Under the pieces are notes generated by a model. The model saw only the letters and a program-made list of their open reading frames with translations. It did no database searches and was not told where the DNA came from. 64,000 nt of DNA from Candidatus Latescibacterota bacterium (GTDB lineage Bacteria > Latescibacterota > UBA2968 > UBA8231), in contig OZ242318.1 in assembly GCA_965208105.1 (NCBI GenBank), positions 320,001 to 384,000 of the forward strand, in the 5' to 3' direction. Below are positions 57,562-64,000 of this stretch, one piece after another. The position numbers and the translations under genes are program-made. Within the stretch, counting starts at the first letter, position 1; every line of letters starts with the position of its first letter.

Positions 57562-58581
57562 ATGGGGGTTTTTTCGTGGTTTTTCTCTAACGATATAGGA
57601 ATTGATCTGGGGACCGCCAATACCTTGATCTACGTCAAGGGCGAAGGAATCGTCTTGAACGAACCTTCGATTGTTGCCCGTCACATAATGACCAAGAAGC
57701 TCATAGCCGTGGGCTCCGAGGCCAAGGAAATGCTGGGACGGACAAACTCGGAAATGGAGACCATCCGTCCCCTCAAGGACGGTGTGATTGCCGATTTCGA
57801 GGTGACCGAGAACATGATCCGTCACTTCATTCGCAAAGTTCAAAAGAATAAATTCTTTGTCCGGCCCCGCATTGTCGTTTCTGTGCCCTCGGGAAGCACT
57901 GAAGTGGAAAAACGAGCCGTTCGAAATTCCTGCGAGCGCGTTGGTGCCCGCGAAGTTCACCTGATCAGCGAACCGATGGCGGCGGCAATAGGTATTGGCT
58001 TGCCGGTTGAGCAGCCGGTTGGGTCCATGGTCATCGATATCGGTGGTGGGACAACGGAGATTGCGGTCATTGCTCTGTCCGGCATCGTGACCCACGAGTC
58101 CTTGCGAGTGGCGGGAAATGCCATGGACCAGGCCCTCGTCGATTGGCTGCGAAGAAAATACAACTTTGCCATCGGGCCCCGGAATGCGGAGCAGATTAAA
58201 TTTCTGATTGGCTCCGCCATGCCAATCGATCCTGAAAAAGAGGCCCCGGTGCGGGGCCTGGACCTTGTCGCTGCCATCCCCAGGACTCTCATGCTCGATT
58301 CCCGTGAAGTACGGGAGGTCCTCTGCGAGCCTGTGGACCAGATCATTGCAGGGGTTCGGCGTGCCTTGGAACGAACGCCACCCGAGTTGGCTGCCGACAT
58401 CCTGGACCGTGGGATGGTGCTCAGCGGTGGAGGAAGTAAACTCCGGGGACTCAAGGAGCGCCTGGTCGAAGGAACCAGTCTTCCCACCTATGTCGATAAC
58501 AATGACCCCTTTACCTCGGTTGTACGCGGAAGCGCCAAGGTTTTGGAGAAGTTCGAAAATTTGCGCAAGGTCCTCTACTAG
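57562..58581 (+). CDS. mreB: Rod shape-determining protein MreB
   Basis: IDLGTANT, RPLKDGVIADF, EPMAAAIG, DIGGGTT. Confidence 0.97.
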   Translation: MGVFSWFFSNDIGIDLGTANTLIYVKGEGIVLNEPSIVARHIMTKKLIAVGSEAKEMLGRTNSEMETIRPLKDGVIADFEVTENMIRHFIRKVQKNKFFVRPRIVVSVPSGSTEVEKRAVRNSCERVGAREVHLISEPMAAAIGIGLPVEQPVGSMVIDIGGGTTEIAVIALSGIVTHESLRVAGNAMDQALVDWLRRKYNFAIGPRNAEQIKFLIGSAMPIDPEKEAPVRGLDLVAAIPRTLMLDSREVREVLCEPVDQIIAGVRRALERTPPELAADILDRGMVLSGGGSKLRGLKERLVEGTSLPTYVDNNDPFTSVVRGSAKVLEKFENLRKVLY

Positions 58582-58722
58582 TGTGCCGTCGCAGAGATAG
58601 GTTGACGCAATTGGGCCGCCGAGGCGCCAGGCTCATAAGGCGCCTGAGCGAGTCGTACCGGTGGTGTACGGCGAGTGAAGGCAACGCCGTGAGCCCGGAT
58701 GGACTTTTCAACGGGCTGCTAG
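58578..58722. mobile_element. MITE-like structured repeat, copy 2, flanked by CTAG direct repeats
   Basis: CTAG at 58578-58581 and 58719-58722; core shared with 14391-14516; lies between mreB and mreC. Confidence 0.7.
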
Positions 58723-58743
58723 GTTCACAGAAGACGCAAAACC

Positions 58744-59517
58744 ATGGTGATTAACCGAAATTACCTTGTAATTGCTCCGGCGGTGGTGGTCAGCCTGGTG
58801 TTAATGGGGCTGCCCGAGGAGCAGAAGTTGAAAATTGCCGGCTACGGTCGGGTGGCGATTTGGAGTACGAGCCAGCGGATATTCTCGAAAGTCATTCGCT
58901 ATGCCGAGAACGAGCAAAAGAGCCGGTTTTTGCTTGCCCATAACGTCGGACTTGCCCTGGACAATATGCAGTCCCGCGAGGCGGTCCTGGAAAACCAGCG
59001 GCTGCGTCAGGCGCTCGAATTTAAACGTAGAGAAGTTTCCCATCCCCTTATTTTGGCAGAGGTTATCGGCCGCGATCCAGACCAGATCTACGACTCGATC
59101 ATCATCGATGTGGGAGAAGACAAAGGCATTCAGAAGGATTTGCCCGTTGTTACGGCGAAAGGGCTGGTGGGTCATGTTGCCCAAGTAGGCCAGTCCAGTT
59201 CGATAGTTCGGCTGATAATGAGGTCCCGCGTGAGCGCCGCGGTACAGAACCGGGAACGGGCTCAGGGAATCGTTTCCTGGGTTCAAGGGAAGCGGTTCAA
59301 GCTGGGAATGGTCGAAGTAAATAGCGAAATCCAATTGGGGGACCGGGTAGTTTCCTCGGGATTGGGAGGAAGATATCCCAAGGGAATTCTCATCGGCTAT
59401 GTCACCGAGGTGAGCGACAAGCCAAGCAATCCTCTTTTCATGGAGGTTCAATTGGAGTCCAGCGTGGATTTCCTCAAGCTTGAAGAGGTCTTCGTCTGGC
59501 ATTCGGAGGAAGGATGA
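58744..59517 (+). CDS. mreC: Rod shape-determining protein MreC
   Basis: N-terminal TM, EN.RLR..L, A.VI.RDP, GLVG, GD.VVSSGLGG.YP.G. Confidence 0.93.
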   Translation: MVINRNYLVIAPAVVVSLVLMGLPEEQKLKIAGYGRVAIWSTSQRIFSKVIRYAENEQKSRFLLAHNVGLALDNMQSREAVLENQRLRQALEFKRREVSHPLILAEVIGRDPDQIYDSIIIDVGEDKGIQKDLPVVTAKGLVGHVAQVGQSSSIVRLIMRSRVSAAVQNRERAQGIVSWVQGKRFKLGMVEVNSEIQLGDRVVSSGLGGRYPKGILIGYVTEVSDKPSNPLFMEVQLESSVDFLKLEEVFVWHSEEG

Positions 59518-59552
59518 AGCTCGCAACCATCCAAATTGGCCCTGTACTACTC

Positions 59553-59581
59553 TTGACAAGGCAATTTCCATCACATATCCT
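59553..59581 (+). promoter_or_regulatory. Sigma70 promoter for hup-bS22-tRNA
   Basis: TTGACA-N17-TATCCT. Confidence 0.65.
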
Positions 59582-59638
59582 TAAGGACTGAAACTCCGAT
59601 GTCTTGCAAGCATTTACCTTATTTATGGGGAGGGCGGA

Positions 59639-59968
59639 TTGACCAAGGCTGACATAGTACGGCAGATTGCTCAGGGAACAGGCCTGACCAAGACCGACAC
59701 CGCCGTAGTGGTCGATGGATTTATCGAGTCGGTAATTACAGCCATGGAGCAAGGCGAGCACATCGAGATCAGAGGTTTTGGTACGTTTAGAACCGTTACC
59801 CGGGCACCGAGGACAGGTCGGAATCCGCGTACGGGGTCCGAGGTAAAGATTTCCGGTCGCCGCGCCCCCACCTTCAAACCTTCGAAGGAATTGAGAGCGC
59901 GTGTCGAGAGGGATAAAAATATAGGAGCGAAGAAAGATGCCATGTGGGAGGAAGAGAAAGCGGCATAA
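59639..59968 (+). CDS. hup: HU/IHF family DNA-binding protein
   Basis: TKADIV, IEIRGFGTF, GRNPRTG, FKPSKEL. Confidence 0.93.
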   Translation: MTKADIVRQIAQGTGLTKTDTAVVVDGFIESVITAMEQGEHIEIRGFGTFRTVTRAPRTGRNPRTGSEVKISGRRAPTFKPSKELRARVERDKNIGAKKDAMWEEEKAA

Positions 59969-60032
59969 GATTGCCACCCATAAACGCAAGAAAAGACTGA
60001 GAAAAAACCGCCATAAGAAAAAGCTCATCTAG
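59937..60032 (+). CDS. Small ribosomal protein bS22 (AURKAIP1/COX24 domain), 31 aa, absent from the ORF track
   Basis: MPCGRKRKRHKIATHKRKKRLRKNRHKKKLI; AGGAG RBS. Confidence 0.88.
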   Translation: MPCGRKRKRHKIATHKRKKRLRKNRHKKKLI

Positions 60033-60044
60033 TTTGCGGTACGA

Positions 60045-60121
60045 GGGCTATTAGCTCAGTTGGATAGAGCGCCAGTCTCCGGAACTGGAGGTCGCAGGTT
60101 CGAATCCTGCATAGCTCACCA
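60045..60121 (+). tRNA. tRNA-Arg(CCG)
   Basis: Cloverleaf; anticodon arm CCAGT-CTCCGGA-ACTGG; GTTCGAATC; CCA end. Confidence 0.95.
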
Positions 60122-60145
60122 TTAATTCCTCAGAGAGAATTGGGT

Positions 60146-60223
<78 letters not shown>

Positions 60224-60235
60224 TTTTTTTCAATA

Positions 60236-60268
60236 AATGGGCTACAGCAATCCACTGCTAGCCCATTT
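60236..60268. other. Hairpin between the tRNA-Pro genes (processing or terminator-like)
   Basis: AAATGGGCTA...TAGCCCATTT inverted repeat. Confidence 0.45.
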
Positions 60269-60290
60269 CCTTCATCAAGCCCTCCAATAT

Positions 60291-60368
60291 CGGGGTGTAG
60301 CGCAGCCCGGCTAGCGCACCTGCTTCGGGAGCAGGGGGTCGGCGGTTCGAATCCGCCCACCCCGACCA
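60291..60368 (+). tRNA. tRNA-Pro(CGG)
   Basis: CCTGC-TTCGGGA-GCAGG; GTTCGAATC; CCA end. Confidence 0.95.
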
Positions 60369-60462
60369 ATATTACTTCCTGTTAATTGTAAAGTTAAGTA
60401 ATCTGTAATCCCGCCTTTGCGCCGTCTTGTCCGCTGGTGAAATTATCCGTGTTGCCAATCCA

Positions 60463-61407
60463 ATGCCGCAAAGATCGTCCAATATTATTCTGATCATTGC
60501 CGGACCAACAGCCGTTGGGAAGACCGGGATTGGAATCGAGATAGCCAGACTTCTGCACGGGGAGATTATTTCGGCCGATTCCCGGCAAATCTACCGCCAT
60601 ATGGACATCGGTACTGCAAAACCCAGCGTGGGGGACCTGGAAATGGCGAGGCATCATTGTATCAATATCAGGAATCCGGATGAGACTTACAGTGCTGGAC
60701 ACTTTGGCAGGGATGCACGCAGCTTGATTCTTGAACTGAATGGTAGAGGAATCCTTCCCATAATCGTGGGCGGATCAGGGCTTTATCTGCAGGCAACCCT
60801 GGACGGTTTGTTTGAAGAGAGTGCCGATTACGGGTCAATACGTTCAAGGTTGAAGCAACGGCTTGCCCGTGACGGATTACAGGCACTGTACGCGGAACTG
60901 GGAAAACTGGATCCGGTAGCCCACTCACGCCTTTCCGCCAACGACACCCAGCGAGTCCTGCGTGCCTTGGAGGTAGCCCTTGGAGGAACCAACCTTTCCT
61001 CCCACTGGGGGGAAGAATCTATTGGGCCGCTAGACTGTACTCCACTGGCGTTCTGCATGGAATTGGAGCGTGACAGGCTTTATAACCGCATTGACCGACG
61101 TGTTGACTTCATGATGAGAAATGCCCTCGTCGACGAGGTGGAAAGACTGGCGGAAATGGGCTATGGCAGGGATTGTCCAGGGCTGGATACGGTAGGATAC
61201 AGGGAAATACTGGACTACCTGGAAGGCAAATGCTCTCTGAGTACTGCGGTGGACCTGATCAAACACCGGTCCAGACGCTATGCCAAGCGCCAGTTGACCT
61301 GGTTTCGCAAGGACCGCCGGTTGCGCTGGCTCGATTTGGGTAGGTGGGGGAGGAAGGGCGTATTGTCCAGGATCGCGACTCAATACCACCTGCAAGGCAA
61401 TTTTTGA
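60463..61407 (+). CDS. miaA: tRNA dimethylallyltransferase
   Basis: GPTAVGKT, SADSRQIY..MDIGTAKP, GGSGLY, YAKRQLTWF. Confidence 0.97.
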   Translation: MPQRSSNIILIIAGPTAVGKTGIGIEIARLLHGEIISADSRQIYRHMDIGTAKPSVGDLEMARHHCINIRNPDETYSAGHFGRDARSLILELNGRGILPIIVGGSGLYLQATLDGLFEESADYGSIRSRLKQRLARDGLQALYAELGKLDPVAHSRLSANDTQRVLRALEVALGGTNLSSHWGEESIGPLDCTPLAFCMELERDRLYNRIDRRVDFMMRNALVDEVERLAEMGYGRDCPGLDTVGYREILDYLEGKCSLSTAVDLIKHRSRRYAKRQLTWFRKDRRLRWLDLGRWGRKGVLSRIATQYHLQGNF

Positions 61408-61436
61408 TTTGCATACCCACTGGGATGTTTCCTCTA

Positions 61437-61465
61437 TTGACAGTTTAAGATAGGTCGATTATTTT
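61437..61465 (+). promoter_or_regulatory. Putative sigma70 promoter for tRNA-Gly
   Basis: TTGACA-N17-TATTTT. Confidence 0.5.
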
Positions 61466-61519
61466 GAACATTGCCTTAAGTTAGAATCAATAGAGTTCGA
61501 ATACAATTCACTCAAGGGA

Positions 61520-61594
61520 GCGGGAGTAGTTCAGGGGTAGAACGCAAGCTTCCCAAGCTTGATGTCGCGGGTTCGACTCCCGTCTCCCGCTCCA
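61520..61594 (+). tRNA. tRNA-Gly(CCC)
   Basis: GCGGGAG acceptor; CAAGC-TTCCCAA-GCTTG; TCCA end. Confidence 0.95.
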
Positions 61595-61652
61595 TCTTTC
61601 CCTCGCTTCCTTACGTTGCATTTCCGGTTATCTCCAGCTTTAGACCAAAGCG

Positions 61653-63011
61653 ATGATCCATGTGAAAACGATCGATCCCGGTAGCCTGGCAGAAGAAGCC
61701 GGCTTTGCCATCGGCGACAAAATCCATTCCATCAATGGAAATGCCGTAGAGGATTTGATTGATTTTCAAGTTCACAGCTCTGAAGAGACATTATCGTTCG
61801 GGGTGGAGCGGGGCGAGGAACACTACCAATTGGAGCTGGAGCGGACTTCTGGAAGAAATCTCGGACTTGCCTTTGACGAGATGCGCCTGCGGCGGTGCAA
61901 CAACAGATGCGTTTTCTGTTTCATTCACCAGATGCCCAAGGGGATGCGGCGCAGCCTGTATTTTGAAGACGACGATTACCGCCTTTCCTTTCTTCACGGT
62001 TCCTATGTCACCCTTACGAATGTAAAAGAAAAGGACATCGAGCGAATAATTGAATATCGCCTTTCGCCTCAATTCATTTCGGTGCACTCCACGGACCCCC
62101 AACTGCGCCAGTTGCTGCTCGGCCGCAAATTGCCTGTAGATATCCTCGAACGCATTGGCCGGTTGGCCGACAACCATATTGAAATGCACGCCCAGGTAGT
62201 CGTATGCCCGGGCTTGAACGACGGCGCCCACCTGCAGCGCACGGTAAGTGATCTGGCCAGCTTCTTTCCGGCGGTGCAGTCGGTTGCACTGGTGCCTGTT
62301 GGCTTGACGAGGTTCCGCAAGAACCTTCCCCAACTTGAACCTGTGACGCGGGATCTGGCCCGGGAATATTGCGATCAAGTTGCCGGGTGGGGTGATAAAT
62401 TTCAGGTGAGATTTGGTCAGAGGTTCGCCTACGCTGCCGACGAATTGTTTCTCCTCTCCGGCGGATTGCCGCCTCCTGTTTCATATTATGATGCCTTTCC
62501 GCAGATCGAGAATGGAATCGGGATGGTGCGGTCCTTCCTGGACAGTTGGGAAAGGGACAAAGTTCTGCTGCCCGTCAAGCTTCCCAATCCAGTTCACCTG
62601 GCCATGGTGACCGGTGAGTTGGCCGCAGAGTTTTTGAGGCCGATTACTGCCTTTTTGAACAGTATCTCCGGCTTGCAGGTTGACCTGGTCCCGGTGACAA
62701 ACGAATTCTTTGGCAAGGGCATAACGGTGTCGGGTCTGCTCTGTGGAGAGGACATCCTCAAGCACGTAGATGGAGGTCCATGGGACCTGGTCATGCTGCC
62801 TCCCAACTGCATTAATGGGGAAGGGCTGACGCTGGATGATAGAACGGTCCCCGAGCTCGGAGCATCTGCCGGAGTGCCCCTTACCGTGGGAAGCTACAAT
62901 CTTGCAGCTTTCTTGAAAAAGGTCCTGGATGGCCCCCACTTCGTCTTTGAGGGAATTGGACGCCAGCTATCGGAATTGGGCTTCTACCTGGGGGGTAAAT
63001 CGTCCCGATGA
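61653..63011 (+). CDS. PDZ plus radical-SAM-like DUF512 protein
   Basis: N-terminal PDZ, CNNRCVFCF.HQ.P, DDDYRLSFL.G.Y.TLTN, QIENG.G. Confidence 0.9.
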   Translation: MIHVKTIDPGSLAEEAGFAIGDKIHSINGNAVEDLIDFQVHSSEETLSFGVERGEEHYQLELERTSGRNLGLAFDEMRLRRCNNRCVFCFIHQMPKGMRRSLYFEDDDYRLSFLHGSYVTLTNVKEKDIERIIEYRLSPQFISVHSTDPQLRQLLLGRKLPVDILERIGRLADNHIEMHAQVVVCPGLNDGAHLQRTVSDLASFFPAVQSVALVPVGLTRFRKNLPQLEPVTRDLAREYCDQVAGWGDKFQVRFGQRFAYAADELFLLSGGLPPPVSYYDAFPQIENGIGMVRSFLDSWERDKVLLPVKLPNPVHLAMVTGELAAEFLRPITAFLNSISGLQVDLVPVTNEFFGKGITVSGLLCGEDILKHVDGGPWDLVMLPPNCINGEGLTLDDRTVPELGASAGVPLTVGSYNLAAFLKKVLDGPHFVFEGIGRQLSELGFYLGGKSSR

Positions 63012-63034
63012 ATTCCACCCGGAGGTTGGTCCCT

Positions 63035-64000
63035 TTGAAGCCCATCGTCGCCATTGTGGGGCGGCCCAATGTGGGCAAATCGACACTCTTCAACCGGCTT
63101 CTGGGCTCCAGAAGGGCGATTACCAACGATCAGCCCGGTGTGACCCGGGATCGCATTTACTCCGAAATTGAATGGACAGGGCAAAGGTTCACCCTGGTGG
63201 ATACCGGGGGTTTCGTGCCCCATTCCAAAGATCTCCTTGAGGTGGCCGTGAGGACGCAGGCCGAAAATGCCATCCAGGAGGCCGATTTTGTCATTTTGCT
63301 CTGCGATGGGTCCACCGGTGTTACGGATCTGGATTGTTCCCTTGCTGCAATTTTGCGTTGTAACAGGGAGGCCAGCTTGCTGGTGGTCAATAAGATTGAC
63401 GAATCACACCACGCCCGGTCCATAGACTCATTTTACAGCCTGGGGCTGGGAGATCCTGTGCCCGTATCTGCTGCGACGGGTCGATGCTCCGGCGATCTAC
63501 TGGATTCCATTGTCAAACGCTTTCGGCAGGCCGAATTTTCATCCAAACCGGCAGACCTCGCTATTAAGGTAGCCATTGCAGGACGTCCAAATGTGGGGAA
63601 GTCAACCCTGATAAACCGCCTTGCAGGTCAGCAAGTATCAATCGTGAACGAAGAGCCGGGGACGACTCGCGATACTACCAGCATACGATTGAACTACGAA
63701 GGCCGTCAGTTCGTGCTTATGGATACGGCCGGAATCAGGCGGCGCTCCAAGGTGAACGGACAAATTGAATACTACAGTGCCCTGCGGGCAGCATCGAGTA
63801 TAGAGCGGGCAGATGTGGTATTGGTATTAATTGACGCTGTGGAGGACCTGACCGCTCAGGATGTCCGCATCGCGAACAAGGCCATCTCCGCTGGATGTGG
63901 TTTACTCATTGCCTTCAACAAATGGGATTTAATTGATTCCTCGAGGCGGAGCAGCCAAGCCTATCGCCAGGATCTTCATCGCAGGTTCGCTTTTCTGGCG
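63035..64000 (+). CDS. der: Ribosome biogenesis GTPase Der (EngA), 3'-truncated by the window edge
   Basis: KPIVAIVGRPNVGKSTLFNR, GVTRDR, DTGG, NKID; second G-domain GRPNVGKST, DTAG, NKWD. Confidence 0.95.
   Translation, partial: MKPIVAIVGRPNVGKSTLFNRLLGSRRAITNDQPGVTRDRIYSEIEWTGQRFTLVDTGGFVPHSKDLLEVAVRTQAENAIQEADFVILLCDGSTGVTDLDCSLAAILRCNREASLLVVNKIDESHHARSIDSFYSLGLGDPVPVSAATGRCSGDLLDSIVKRFRQAEFSSKPADLAIKVAIAGRPNVGKSTLINRLAGQQVSIVNEEPGTTRDTTSIRLNYEGRQFVLMDTAGIRRRSKVNGQIEYYSALRAASSIERADVVLVLIDAVEDLTAQDVRIANKAISAGCGLLIAFNKWDLIDSSRRSSQAYRQDLHRRFAFLA

Overview
GC-rich bacterial chromosomal segment. An FCB-superphylum or Latescibacterota-like origin is inferred from the hup-bS22-tRNA cluster, a PorV-like barrel and many Gfo/Idh/MocA genes; this was not tested. 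About 60 CDS are supported, mostly housekeeping or metabolic (korAB, hemE, ftsH, cysC, pyrH-like, purB, mreBC, hup, miaA, der), plus four tRNAs (Arg-CCG, Pro-GGG, Pro-CGG, Gly-CCC). No CRISPR array, prophage or transposase was seen. The most notable items are: (1) an 8-gene operon joining a J-domain protein, a YbjN/CesT chaperone and PspA/ESCRT-III to a Tat-type flavin amine oxidase, a membrane aminopropyltransferase, DUF4178, a lipoprotein and DUF350; (2) a UvrA paralog whose two ATPase sites are both degenerate but which keeps the UvrB-binding region; (3) korAB bracketed by two CBS proteins; (4) a divergent Amt with a small membrane partner instead of GlnK; (5) a structured 126-bp MITE-like repeat sitting on CTAG stop codons; (6) a TatT/TRAP operon with a peptidase and a DASS permease; (7) a frameshifted cutA. 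All family calls come from motif recognition by eye, with no database searches.
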